Source: an uncultured Spirochaetota bacterium
GTDB lineage: Bacteria > Spirochaetota > Brevinematia > Brevinematales > JAOACQ01
Assembly (NCBI GenBank): GCA_963835575.1
Contig: CAWIGG010000004.1
Span: 352,001-416,000 of the forward strand
DNA length: 64,000 nucleotides
Reading direction: 5' to 3'
The notes under the pieces were generated by a model. That model was not told the origin of the DNA and did no database searches. It was given only the letters and a program-made list of their open reading frames with translations. Positions 49,061-59,344 of this stretch are shown here, in pieces (position 1 is the stretch's first letter; every line of letters starts with the position of its first letter). A program made the translations under genes and the position numbers.

Positions 49061-50773
49061 ATGAATACCGGTAACGAAAAGAGAATGATGGTTATTTTTC
49101 TTCTTTCTCTGACGCTTATGATAGTTTCTCTTTATTTTATGCCGAAGAACAATCAGCTTCCAAATACAACTCAGGTTGTTGAGACAAATCAGGTTGTGAC
49201 AAATCAAGCGAAAGTTCAAAAGACTGAATTGACTAATTGGGGCTTTAATTGGGAAAAGGGAGGCAGGGCAACTAATTTTTTAATTTCATATAACAATGAA
49301 ATAAAAGCAAAAATCGATACATCAGGCGGCAGGCTTTCAGAACTTTCCATTAACGGAAGCTGGAACAGGAAAAAGCAGGATGTCGCGCTGGTCAATACAA
49401 ATCTAACCTTTAAATTGGGGGATTTTGCATTCGGCAGTCTTGAAAATATAACAAATTATCCGGAAAGACCGGTTTTTAAGGTTATTGAACAAACAAGTAA
49501 TTCGATAAAATTAACGGCATCGCTCCGGTATAAAAACAATTCAATTGAGGTAACCAAATCTTTTACAGTCAGCAATAATTATCAAATCTTTGAGGAAATA
49601 CAATTTCGCAATTTATCCCGGAATAAATTATCCTTAAACTTTAACGGGGTTTCTGTGTCATTGCCGGATAGCGCCGCTTTTGTCAGCAGAGAATTGGCAA
49701 ATCCCGGCAATCCGTTAAAGGAGCAGTATTTTGACGGAAACAAATTGCAGAATGTCTTTTCGATGGGATTTCTGGGATTTTTCGGAGGAACAAAAACAAA
49801 CATCCTCTCAGTTTCGAATTCGCAATGGATATGTTTATACGATAATTATTTTGTATCGATTATGAAACCGGAGGCAGGATATTTACCAAAAGATTATACT
49901 GCAAAATACATTATTTTAAAACAGGAAAAAGTTTATAAAGAGGACGCTTTCGGTATTGAACTGCCGCCGCTTGTTCTTGAAGCAAATGAACTGAAAGCGT
50001 TCAGGGTTTCTTATTATATAGGGCCGAAGAAAGAAGATATAATGGTCAAAGTTGATAAAACTTATGACAGGTTCTTTACCTGGCCGGCGATATTCAACTG
50101 GTTTATGAAACCGATTGAGTGGGTACTCGTTAAATTGATGTATGTCATATCCCTGGTTGTACCTAATTGGGGGCTCATTATCATTCTTCTGGCTGTCATA
50201 ATCAAACTGGCGCTTTCGCCCCTTTCCATTCAGGCGGCAAAATCGATTAAAAAGTCCAATCTTCTGCAGCCCAAGCTGAAGGCCCTTCAGGAAAAGTTTA
50301 AAGATGACCAGCAGACCCTTAATCAGAAGGTAGCCGAGCTGTATAAAAAAGAAAAAGTGAATCCCCTCGGCGGATGCCTGCCGATGCTTTTCCAGATCCC
50401 GGTATTTTTTGCGCTGCTCCGGGTTCTTTCAAACTCTGTTGAACTGAAAGGAGCAAGCTTTCTCTGGATTTCAGACCTGACGCAGCCGGACACCTTATTC
50501 AAGATGAGTATTCCTTTCCTTCCCAATACTTTTAATCTACTGCCTATCATCATGACGGTGTTTCAGATTATACAGATGCGTCTTCAAGCAATGAAAACAG
50601 TGGGGACACAGCAGCAGCAGAGCGCGCTGAATACTTACCTGCTTCCGGTTGTCTTTTTATTCCTGTTCTGGTCGATGCCTTCCGGCCTGGTGCTTTACTG
50701 GACTATCCAGAATATTTACATCATTATTGAGCAGGAGATTATCAATCTGGATAGGCATATTCAGCTGAAATAA
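49061..50773 (+). CDS. yidC: Membrane protein insertase YidC
   Basis: NWGLIII, LQPK, NPLGGCLP.L.QIPVF and PSGLVLYW. Confidence 0.95.
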   Translation: MNTGNEKRMMVIFLLSLTLMIVSLYFMPKNNQLPNTTQVVETNQVVTNQAKVQKTELTNWGFNWEKGGRATNFLISYNNEIKAKIDTSGGRLSELSINGSWNRKKQDVALVNTNLTFKLGDFAFGSLENITNYPERPVFKVIEQTSNSIKLTASLRYKNNSIEVTKSFTVSNNYQIFEEIQFRNLSRNKLSLNFNGVSVSLPDSAAFVSRELANPGNPLKEQYFDGNKLQNVFSMGFLGFFGGTKTNILSVSNSQWICLYDNYFVSIMKPEAGYLPKDYTAKYIILKQEKVYKEDAFGIELPPLVLEANELKAFRVSYYIGPKKEDIMVKVDKTYDRFFTWPAIFNWFMKPIEWVLVKLMYVISLVVPNWGLIIILLAVIIKLALSPLSIQAAKSIKKSNLLQPKLKALQEKFKDDQQTLNQKVAELYKKEKVNPLGGCLPMLFQIPVFFALLRVLSNSVELKGASFLWISDLTQPDTLFKMSIPFLPNTFNLLPIIMTVFQIIQMRLQAMKTVGTQQQQSALNTYLLPVVFLFLFWSMPSGLVLYWTIQNIYIIIEQEIINLDRHIQLK

Positions 50774-50795
50774 CTTAATGCGGGATTAAATATTA

Positions 50796-52160
50796 ATGAA
50801 TGATACGATTATCGCCGCGGCAACGCCGATTGGAGAAAGCGCCCTGGGGCTTATCCGGTTAAGCGGAAGGGAAGCGCGTCATTATGCCATTAAGCTTATT
50901 CAATTTCAGCGTGGCGGACATATTAAAAACCATACCGTCAAACTGGGCAAATTGTATTCACCGGACGGCTCGCTGATTGATGAAGTTTTGGCGGCTTTTT
51001 ATAAAGGGCCTCATTCTTATACGGGTGAGGATTTGATAGAAATTTCCTGCCATGGCAGTCCTTTTATCATTCAGGAAGTTCTTCAGGCTTTTCAAAAGAT
51101 CGGAGCGAGGCCGGCCCGTCCGGGCGAATTCACTCAAAGGGCTTATTTAAACGGCAGGATGGACTTGACTCAGGCTGAAGCGGTTAATGATATAATCAGG
51201 TCCCATACTCAGTATTCAAAAGCCGCGGCGCTCAATCAACTGGAAGGAAAATTTAATAAAGAGATCGAAAAGATACATTCCGGAATTATGGATCTCCTGG
51301 CTGAACTCGAAGCGGCCATTGACCACAGCGATCTGGAAGAAGTATTTTTATCTTATGAAGAAATTGATAAGAAAATAAATATTATTATTAAAGAGACTGA
51401 AAGCCTCTTAAAAACAGCGCCGGCAGGCAAAATGGCGCATAGCGGCATTCAGGCGGCTGTCATAGGCGCGCCCAACACTGGGAAATCGAGCATGATGAAC
51501 TGCCTGCTCCGGGATGACAGGGTGATTGTGTCAGATATACCTGGAACGACAAGAGATATAGTACAGGAAGAGTTGAATATCAGGGGTATTTCAGTCAGGA
51601 TCGCGGATACGGCCGGCATCAGGAAATCTAAAGATATCCTGGAAAAAAAAGGAATAGAACGTTCGTTAAAAAAGATTGAGCAGAGTGATCTTAGAATTGT
51701 AATGCTGGACAGTTCACGATCCATCAATGAGGAAGATAAAAAAATAATGAATTCAGTTGCCCATTTAAAGAACATCTATATTCTTAATAAAATTGACCTG
51801 AAGCAGATTACAAAGGCGGATGATATAAAAAAGATTTTTAATGTTGATGTAATTCCTGTTTCAGCGTTGAAGAATAAAGGCCTGGATTCAGTAGAAAAGG
51901 CTATATATGATTTTTATTTTTCTTTCGGTTATGACCCGGAAAAGGATATAATGATTACTAACATTAGACAGGAAAGCCTGTTAAGGGAAACACAAAAATA
52001 TCTGAAAAAAAGTCTTATGACTCTAAAAGACGGTTTGCCTGAAGAATTCATAGCCAGCGGTATCCGGCAGGCGAAAATACCGGTCGAGGAAATTACCGGA
52101 AAAACGACAGATGAAGATCTGCTTGGTAAAATATTTTCTCAATTCTGTGTAGGGAAATAA
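50796..52160 (+). CDS. mnmE: tRNA modification GTPase MnmE
   Basis: DTIIAAATP, SYTGED, GEFTQRA, GAPNTGKSS, GTTRD and FSQFCVGK. Confidence 0.96.
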   Translation: MNDTIIAAATPIGESALGLIRLSGREARHYAIKLIQFQRGGHIKNHTVKLGKLYSPDGSLIDEVLAAFYKGPHSYTGEDLIEISCHGSPFIIQEVLQAFQKIGARPARPGEFTQRAYLNGRMDLTQAEAVNDIIRSHTQYSKAAALNQLEGKFNKEIEKIHSGIMDLLAELEAAIDHSDLEEVFLSYEEIDKKINIIIKETESLLKTAPAGKMAHSGIQAAVIGAPNTGKSSMMNCLLRDDRVIVSDIPGTTRDIVQEELNIRGISVRIADTAGIRKSKDILEKKGIERSLKKIEQSDLRIVMLDSSRSINEEDKKIMNSVAHLKNIYILNKIDLKQITKADDIKKIFNVDVIPVSALKNKGLDSVEKAIYDFYFSFGYDPEKDIMITNIRQESLLRETQKYLKKSLMTLKDGLPEEFIASGIRQAKIPVEEITGKTTDEDLLGKIFSQFCVGK

Positions 52161-52172
52161 AGCGGGGATTTT

Positions 52173-52910
52173 GTGATAAAAAAAGAAGTGAAAGTAATTT
52201 TTAGAAAGATTTTAAGGATAGTTTATTTTTGCCATATAGTTCTGGTTCTTATTATTTTGTTATTTTGCGGGTTTTATGCCCTGTTTAACCCGAAAATCGG
52301 GACACTGATGATATACCGCAAGTATAATAACCATTTTGAGGTAAAACCCGTCCATTTTGTACCCCTGAGCAAAATACCAAAGCCGGTCATTACAATGGTC
52401 CTGGCGGCTGAAGACCATAATTTTTATGGCCACTGGGGCATTGATACGGAAGCGATCCAGGAAGCCCTGGCCAAGAAAAACAATCTGAAAAAGAAATATT
52501 ACGGGGGCAGCACGATTACCCAGCAGCTGGCCCGGACGCTTTTTCTTATTCCTGAAAAAACATATGTCAGAAAATACTTTGAAATCATAATCGCCGTTGA
52601 GATGGATATGCTGATGCAGAAAGACAGGATTTTAGAGCTTTACCTCAATTCAATAGAATGGGGAAAAGGGATTTTCGGTATTCAGAACGCTTCTTATTAT
52701 TATTTTAATAAAAACCTGGATGAGCTTTCACTGGATGAAATGATCAAGCTTATTACCATTATGCCCAGTCCCGTAAAATACAATCCGGATAATTTTAATG
52801 ATCTGAAAGCCCTGTCGGTCAGATATGAGTTCCTGAACCAGGTGATGGGATTGACGAACGCGTCCCTTCCGACATCGTTTTTATCTGATCATCCCGTGGA
52901 TGTGTTATAA
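52173..52910 (+). CDS. mtgA: Monofunctional peptidoglycan transglycosylase
   Basis: AEDHNFYGHWGID, GGSTITQQLAR, RK..E and KDRILELYLN. Confidence 0.85.
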   Translation: MIKKEVKVIFRKILRIVYFCHIVLVLIILLFCGFYALFNPKIGTLMIYRKYNNHFEVKPVHFVPLSKIPKPVITMVLAAEDHNFYGHWGIDTEAIQEALAKKNNLKKKYYGGSTITQQLARTLFLIPEKTYVRKYFEIIIAVEMDMLMQKDRILELYLNSIEWGKGIFGIQNASYYYFNKNLDELSLDEMIKLITIMPSPVKYNPDNFNDLKALSVRYEFLNQVMGLTNASLPTSFLSDHPVDVL

Positions 52911-52922
52911 GCGGCTATAATT

Positions 52923-53360
52923 TTATCTTCTAATACCTGTACTGCCGAAACCGCCTTCACCCCTTTCTGTTTCAGAGAGTTCTTCCGCGAATTGAAAATC
53001 GGCTTTTTCCGTTTTCTGTATGATCAGCTGCGCGATACGGTCGTGATTTTGTATTTTGAAATCGTCTTTCCCTAAATTCATTAATATGACCTTGATTTCC
53101 CCTCTGTAATCAGCGTCGATTGTGCCGGGTGAATTCGGCAGGATAAGTCCCTGCGCGGCAAGGCCGCTTCGGGGGCGAACCTGCGCTTCATAACCTTCCG
53201 GTATTTCAATAATAATGCCCGTGGGGACTAAAAATATTTCCATCGGCTTGATGTTGATTGAAGTTTCAAGACAGGCATATAAATCGGCGCCCGCGCTGTG
53301 AAGCGTCTTATATTCCGGCAGAACAGCCGAATCCTTAATTATTTTTACGTTTATTTTCAT
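52923..53360 (-). CDS. dut: dUTPase
   Basis: AGADL, RPRSGLA, GTIDADYRGE and RGEGGFGSTG. Confidence 0.96.
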   Translation of the reverse strand: MKINVKIIKDSAVLPEYKTLHSAGADLYACLETSINIKPMEIFLVPTGIIIEIPEGYEAQVRPRSGLAAQGLILPNSPGTIDADYRGEIKVILMNLGKDDFKIQNHDRIAQLIIQKTEKADFQFAEELSETERGEGGFGSTGIRR

Positions 53361-53384
53361 TTTTATTCCTTCAAATTGATGAAA

Positions 53385-53957
53385 TTATATATCTAAAACA
53401 ATTTCCTTCAGTACTCTTTTCGGCACATGGTGAATGTTGTTATGGTCCCGCCAATATTTGACATTGCCTTCCTGCATTGTTTCTAGTTCAACTTTTTCAA
53501 CCGGCTTTCCCAGCGCGATGACGACAAGAATCTCAAACCGGTCCGGAATATTGAACCTGTCAAGCAATAATTCCTTATTAACCGTTCCAATAATGCATCC
53601 TCCCAGGCCTTTTTCAACAGCGCCCAGCAAAATAGTCTGCGCCGCAATTCCGATATCGATATTGTATGTAGTGGTTATATCCCGGTCGCCCAGAATAATG
53701 ATGTAAGCGGATGGCCTTTCTTTTTCTTCAATATCTATTCCGCCGTCTTTTAAATAACCTGCCCACTTTAGAGCGGAAAAGATTTGGGTATTCCTTTCGG
53801 GATTATTTGATATCATATACTTCAGGGGCTGCAGGTTTCTCGCCGAAGGCGTCATTCTTGCCAGATCAATCAGTTCGAGCAATTCTTCTTTTTTTATCAC
53901 ATGGCTGTTATTATAGCGCCTGTAACTTCTGTTTTTTAATACTAGTTGTCTCAGCAT
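53385..53957 (-). CDS. Nitroreductase family protein
   Basis: NRSYRRY, PSARNLQP, DIGIAAQ and HHVPKR. Confidence 0.88.
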   Translation of the reverse strand: MLRQLVLKNRSYRRYNNSHVIKKEELLELIDLARMTPSARNLQPLKYMISNNPERNTQIFSALKWAGYLKDGGIDIEEKERPSAYIIILGDRDITTTYNIDIGIAAQTILLGAVEKGLGGCIIGTVNKELLLDRFNIPDRFEILVVIALGKPVEKVELETMQEGNVKYWRDHNNIHHVPKRVLKEIVLDI

Positions 53958-53979
53958 AAACAACCTCCGGAAACATTAT

Positions 53980-54831
53980 TTATTTAATTTTAACCAGTAA
54001 ATTATCAATAAGCCTGGTAGAACCGATGAAAACGGCAAGCGCGATAAGAACATTACCGTTTATTTTATCAGCATCTTTCAGATTTTCAGGATCAGTTATG
54101 GATATATAATCAATTTTTGCTTTGGGGATTTCTTTCATTATAAAATCCCGCATTGATTTAATAATTGGGCTGGATTTAGTTCCGCCGTCTAAAACAAGCT
54201 TTTTTCCGAGCTGAAGTGATTTATTGAGAGCTGATGCCTGTCTTTTCTCGTCATCAGATAAGTATTTATTTCTGGAACTCATGGCCAGGCCGTTTTTTTC
54301 ACGGACAATGGGTATCACTTTTATTTTTATCGGAAAATTAAGGTCTTCGGTCATTCTTTTGATAATCCGGGCCTGCTGGAAATCTTTCTGTCCGAAATAG
54401 CTAATATCAGGCATAACTATATTGAACAATTTTGCCACAACAGTCGCAACACCCTGAAAATGACCGGGGCGTTTTAAGCCGCAGAGATGGCAGGGCAGAT
54501 TTTTTAAATCAATAAAAGTTTCGAAATGATCGCCGTACATATCTTTAACTGAAGGGAAAAATAGAAAATCCGTTTTTTCATTTTTTAACAGCCTGCAGTC
54601 GTTTTCAAATGTCCTGGGGTACTTGCCAAGGTCTTCATTCGGGCCGAATTGGATGGGATTTACAAAAATACTGACAACAACAATATCATTTTCTTTCCTG
54701 GCCGCTTTAACCAAGCTGATATGGCCGTCATGAAGAGCGCCCATTGTCGGGACAAACCCAATCTTTTTGCCGGCAGCCCTGCTATGAAGGGAATATTTCT
54801 GCATATGAGCGGGTTTATTGATAATTTTCAT
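53980..54831 (-). CDS. panC: Pantoate-beta-alanine ligase
   Basis: VPTMGALHDGH, RPGHF.GV, FGQKDFQQ, GLAMSSRN and RLIDN. Confidence 0.96.
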   Translation of the reverse strand: MKIINKPAHMQKYSLHSRAAGKKIGFVPTMGALHDGHISLVKAARKENDIVVVSIFVNPIQFGPNEDLGKYPRTFENDCRLLKNEKTDFLFFPSVKDMYGDHFETFIDLKNLPCHLCGLKRPGHFQGVATVVAKLFNIVMPDISYFGQKDFQQARIIKRMTEDLNFPIKIKVIPIVREKNGLAMSSRNKYLSDDEKRQASALNKSLQLGKKLVLDGGTKSSPIIKSMRDFIMKEIPKAKIDYISITDPENLKDADKINGNVLIALAVFIGSTRLIDNLLVKIK

Positions 54832-54846
54832 GAAGAAGAGGGCCTC

Positions 54847-56673
54847 TTATTTATTATCTCTTTTACTGTTTTTGTTTTTTATGGCAGCGGCGATAAATGA
54901 AGTAAAAATAGGATGAGGTTCAATCGGTGAAGATTTAAATTCGGGATGGAATTGCCCGCCCAAAAACCAGGGATGGCCAGGCAGTTCTGACATTTCCACC
55001 AGTCCAGACTCCGCATAAGCGCTGAAACAGAGGCCGTTTTTTTCCAGCACTTCTATATATTCAGGATTGACTTCATAACGGTGGCGGTGCCTTTCTTCGA
55101 TTTCCTCATTCTGATATACTTCAAAAGCGAGAGTTCCCTTTTTTATCTTTGATTTTGCGGCGCCTTTCCTCATAGTGCCGCCCATATATGTGATCCCTTT
55201 TAAGTTTGCCAGAAGCTCTATGACCGGGTCTTCCGTTGTCGGATCAAACTCGCGGGAGTGCGCATTGGTAATGCCGCAGACATTACGGGCAAATTCTATG
55301 ACCATACACTGCATGCCGAGGCAAATGCCTAAAAACGGGACTTTATTTTCCCTGGCATAAGTAATTGCCTTGATTTTTCCTTCAATTCCCCTGTTGCCGA
55401 ATCCTCCGGGTATTAAAATACCATCAACATCATTGGCGATAAAACTGTGATAATCGATAAATTTTAGTATATTTTTGACTCTTTTTTTTTCTTCATCTGT
55501 TATATCATCAAAAAGCTCAAAAAAATTCGTCGTTGAATCTTTTTGGTAAACACTGCACATAAATTCCCTGTCCGCCTCGTTTGGGATCCGGCAGAGTATG
55601 GAATTATCGAATTGGTCGACAAGGGCTCTTTTTAGAAGACCGTCCTCAAATATTTCGCCTTCATAATTTTCCGAATCTATTTTCTTTACGTTGACTCGTA
55701 CTTTATTCGCGATGCCGCCATGAGTCAAAGCGGCGTCAACGCTCTTATATGTGTCTTCCAGGTTGACATATTTCCCGACAAGGGCGATGGTAACGGATTC
55801 CACGGCATTATTGCAGATGTCGACCATCTTTTTCCATTTTGCCAAGTCCGGTTTCCTGTAAGGAAGGCCCAGTTTTTCCAGTATCATTTTATCCGCGCCC
55901 TGCTGATTAAAGATCAGCGGGACTTCGTGGACTGTGCCTTTGACATCAACTGCGGAAAATATGCAGTCTTCGTCTATATTACAGAAAAGGGCCATTTTTG
56001 TTTTTACTCCGGCGGGGAGCATTTCCTCAGATCGGCAGAAAATGAAATCCGGCTGGATCCCCATTGACATGAGCTCCTTAACTGAATGCTGAGTGGGTTT
56101 TGTTTTAAATTCACCGGAGCCTTTGATTGTCGGGACCAGTGTCAGATGGGCGAATTTAACATTCCCCTTCCCTTCTTCAATTGTAAATTGACGCACGGCT
56201 TCAATAAAAGGCAGGCCTTCAATATCTCCGACTGTACCGCCCAGTTCAACGATAATGATGTCTGAGTTTTTACCTTCGTCCAGCATTCTGATTCTTCTTT
56301 TTATTTCGTCGGTGATATGAGGAATAACCTGCACAGTCTGGCCCAGGTAATCCCCTCTTCTTTCCGCATCAATCACATTTTGATAGACCTGACCTGTTGT
56401 CAGGCTGGAGAGTTTTGATGTTTCCACTCTGACATACCGCTCGTAATTACCAAGATCGAGGTCAGTTTCAGCGCCGTCGTTGGTCACATAAACTTCGCCA
56501 TGCTGATAGGGGCTCATGGTGCCGGCATCGACATTGAGATAGGGATCTATTTTCATCATATTAATCTTGTAGCCTGCGGCTTTTAATAGAACCCCTATGG
56601 ATGCTGCCGTGATACCTTTTCCCAATGAAGAACATACTCCGCCTGTCACGAAAATATATTTTTTAATCCCCAT
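54847..56673 (-). CDS. pyrG: CTP synthase with an internal insertion
   Basis: GGVCSSLGKG, KTKPTQHSV, PGGFG, GICLGMQ, RHRHRYE and QFHPE. Confidence 0.96.
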   Translation of the reverse strand: MGIKKYIFVTGGVCSSLGKGITAASIGVLLKAAGYKINMMKIDPYLNVDAGTMSPYQHGEVYVTNDGAETDLDLGNYERYVRVETSKLSSLTTGQVYQNVIDAERRGDYLGQTVQVIPHITDEIKRRIRMLDEGKNSDIIIVELGGTVGDIEGLPFIEAVRQFTIEEGKGNVKFAHLTLVPTIKGSGEFKTKPTQHSVKELMSMGIQPDFIFCRSEEMLPAGVKTKMALFCNIDEDCIFSAVDVKGTVHEVPLIFNQQGADKMILEKLGLPYRKPDLAKWKKMVDICNNAVESVTIALVGKYVNLEDTYKSVDAALTHGGIANKVRVNVKKIDSENYEGEIFEDGLLKRALVDQFDNSILCRIPNEADREFMCSVYQKDSTTNFFELFDDITDEEKKRVKNILKFIDYHSFIANDVDGILIPGGFGNRGIEGKIKAITYARENKVPFLGICLGMQCMVIEFARNVCGITNAHSREFDPTTEDPVIELLANLKGITYMGGTMRKGAAKSKIKKGTLAFEVYQNEEIEERHRHRYEVNPEYIEVLEKNGLCFSAYAESGLVEMSELPGHPWFLGGQFHPEFKSSPIEPHPIFTSFIAAAIKNKNSKRDNK

Positions 56674-56896
56674 ATCTTCTCCTAAAACACAATAATAATA
56701 TTATCTTAATTTTTTAGAAAAAGCAAAACATTTGTCGATACTATGATCAAGTGCGGATTTATTATTTTCTCATTCAAAAAAAACAATAGTTATATTCACA
56801 AAAATATAAAATACCGAAATATTTTCATAATTAATTAAATTTATTTATAATAATATATATTGACAATTGAATTCTGCATCTCAAAAAGGAAGGCTT

Positions 56897-57316
56897 ATGA
56901 TCTTTAAGTTCACTATATCCGGGAAAGAAGAGGAAGTTGTTCAATTTGAGAAAGAACTTCTGGATATTTTAATAAAAATAGCAGGAAGAGAAGGAATGAC
57001 AGCTCATGAAATTCATTTTTGCGTTCATGAGGCTATATTAAATGTCATACAGCATACATATAAGTGGAATCTCGATCAGCCAATTGAAATCCGTATTGAT
57101 GTTACAAAAGTTGATTCTTCTCAGCAAATCCTGGAGATCTTCATTAAGGATTTCGGCCCGCCAATTGATAAACCAATTACTCCACCGAAGCATATCGGAC
57201 AATTTCAACTCAGAAAGAGGGGTCTCTATATGATCAGTAAAATAATGGACGAATTCATTGTTGAACCTCAGGAAAAGGGCGGTAATGTTACTTATATGAA
57301 AAAAATAATGGCATAA
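56897..57316 (+). CDS. RsbW-like anti-sigma factor / Ser kinase (HATPase_c)
   Basis: EAILNVIQH, IKDFG and RGLYMISKIMDE. Confidence 0.8.
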   Translation: MIFKFTISGKEEEVVQFEKELLDILIKIAGREGMTAHEIHFCVHEAILNVIQHTYKWNLDQPIEIRIDVTKVDSSQQILEIFIKDFGPPIDKPITPPKHIGQFQLRKRGLYMISKIMDEFIVEPQEKGGNVTYMKKIMA

Positions 57317-57344
57317 CAGAATTAAAAAACCGGGGTGTATAAAA

Positions 57345-57740
57345 TTGGATGGTAAATTAACTATTAAAGTATCTTTTTATAATGATATTATTGCTATAGT
57401 TAATATGTGCGGAGAATTAACGGTTTTTGTCCAGGAATATGATTTACTGTTTAAAGAACTGCTGGCATATATTAAAATGGGCATCTATCGTTATATTCTT
57501 GATTTGAACGGGCTTTCATATATAGATTCTTCAGGAATCGGTGTTATTATGAGACTGGCTACAAGTGCTTCAAAACATGCATCGGTTATCTGCATGATAT
57601 GTGAACAGCCTCAAATTCTTAAAATATTATCAATTTCAAACGTTGACAAAATAGTTCATTTTGTTAAAACTGTAGAAGAAGGCATTTCTTATTATAAAAC
57701 CCGCGATCATCTGGATGAAAGAAAGGGACAACCTGCCTAA
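57345..57740 (+). CDS. STAS-domain anti-sigma-factor antagonist
   Basis: DLNGLSYIDSSGIG. Confidence 0.82.
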   Translation: MDGKLTIKVSFYNDIIAIVNMCGELTVFVQEYDLLFKELLAYIKMGIYRYILDLNGLSYIDSSGIGVIMRLATSASKHASVICMICEQPQILKILSISNVDKIVHFVKTVEEGISYYKTRDHLDERKGQPA

Positions 57741-57800
57741 AAAAAATCAAAATTTATCCGAAAATATAGAGACGGCCCGCTTGTCTGGAGGTTGTTTATT

Positions 57801-59342
57801 ATGAGAATGTTTTTTTCTCTCATTTTCTTTATTCTAACAGCTTGTTTTTCGTCACTTTATTCTTTAAAACCGTTTACGACCCTCCAATCAATGATTCTTG
57901 AAAGTCAGGATATACAGATTTACCAGAAAGAAAATATCAGTTTGAGAAAAATTAATCAGAAATATGCTTTTCAGATTGATGAAAATATTAATCCAAACAT
58001 CAGTTCTTTTGATCTGTATCTTGATTTTGACAGTCCTTTGAATAATTTATTGAATTATAAAATAATTTACTCGAAATTTGAACTGAATAAATATCAAAAT
58101 ATAAACGGTGATTTTTCCGGAAAATTTTATTTCTCAGATAATTACATTTCTCTCCTGCCGATGCCCGGCTCTATTTTTGCTCCCGGCAATATAACAGGCA
58201 GTTTTTCTGTGGATTTCTGGCTTTATGTTTATAAAAACTATGATAATCAATATATTCTTAAATATATTGGAAATAATCTTTCTAATGAAAAAGATAAAAA
58301 TATATACGGGTTTTCAATTTATATTAAAAACAGCAGAATTAAATATGAATTTGATAATTTTTTCTTTACAGAAAATAATGAATCTGTTTCTTTAGATTTA
58401 AATGAAGAAGAAAAAATAGTCTTAAATAAATGGGAGCATCATGCACTGACATTTGACATTAAAAATGGTAAAATTGCGGTTTATAAAAATGGGATTGAAC
58501 AAGATGTAAAATGGGTAACTGAAAAGAGAGAGCCTTTATCAGCGGTTTTGACCCCGCGGATTAAGGAAGAACTGAGTGCCCCGATATTAATAGGAAAAGA
58601 CGCCTTGTTTTCCATTGACAACCTTAAAATATCAAAGGGAGTTTCTTCCGGCTTTGATCTGAAAAAATTTAACAGTAAAAACGCCTTTATTATTACAGAT
58701 GTTTATAAATATTCAGAAAATAAAGCGGCCTTAAAAAAGATTTCTTTCCAGTCTGAGACGCCTGATTATTCCTATATTAAATATGCGTACCGTATATCAG
58801 ACAGTTATTTCCTGCCCGGAAATACGAGCCTGAAATGGGTTTATCTGCAGAATGGCGCAGAGGCCTTTCCATCAGGGTTTGATAGCGGGAAATATATTCA
58901 ATTTAAAATTATGGTTTATCCATATGAAGACCTGGATAAGGAGATTGATGTTTATTCAATAAAGTTTGATTATTCTATTGATAATTCCCCTGACCAGCCG
59001 CTTATTGTAAACACTGTACCGCTTGATCAAAAAGTACAGATTACATGGATTCCCTCTCCGGAGGATGACATTGCCGGTTATGAAATTTATTACGGAAACA
59101 GAATGGGGGATTACATCTGCGATGATGCCCTTGAAGGAAAATCGCCGGTTTATGTCAGTGCCAATGAACCGGGAAAGATCAATCCGATGAATTTCAGTCT
59201 CAATGGCCTGGTAAATGAGAAACCTTATTTTATTTCTATTCGTTCTATTGATAAAAACGGGCACCGGAGCGCTTATTCAAAAGAAGTATACGCAAGGCCA
59301 AGCTCCGTATACAACAGCGATAAATACAGTATTGACAGATAA
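57801..59342 (+). CDS. Exported protein with LamG-like and C-terminal FN3 domains
   Basis: Signal peptide; FSVDFWLY, KWEHHALTFD, IDNLKI; W......DIAGYEIYYG...L.N...Y. Confidence 0.7.
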   Translation: MRMFFSLIFFILTACFSSLYSLKPFTTLQSMILESQDIQIYQKENISLRKINQKYAFQIDENINPNISSFDLYLDFDSPLNNLLNYKIIYSKFELNKYQNINGDFSGKFYFSDNYISLLPMPGSIFAPGNITGSFSVDFWLYVYKNYDNQYILKYIGNNLSNEKDKNIYGFSIYIKNSRIKYEFDNFFFTENNESVSLDLNEEEKIVLNKWEHHALTFDIKNGKIAVYKNGIEQDVKWVTEKREPLSAVLTPRIKEELSAPILIGKDALFSIDNLKISKGVSSGFDLKKFNSKNAFIITDVYKYSENKAALKKISFQSETPDYSYIKYAYRISDSYFLPGNTSLKWVYLQNGAEAFPSGFDSGKYIQFKIMVYPYEDLDKEIDVYSIKFDYSIDNSPDQPLIVNTVPLDQKVQITWIPSPEDDIAGYEIYYGNRMGDYICDDALEGKSPVYVSANEPGKINPMNFSLNGLVNEKPYFISIRSIDKNGHRSAYSKEVYARPSSVYNSDKYSIDR

Positions 59343-59344
59343 TT

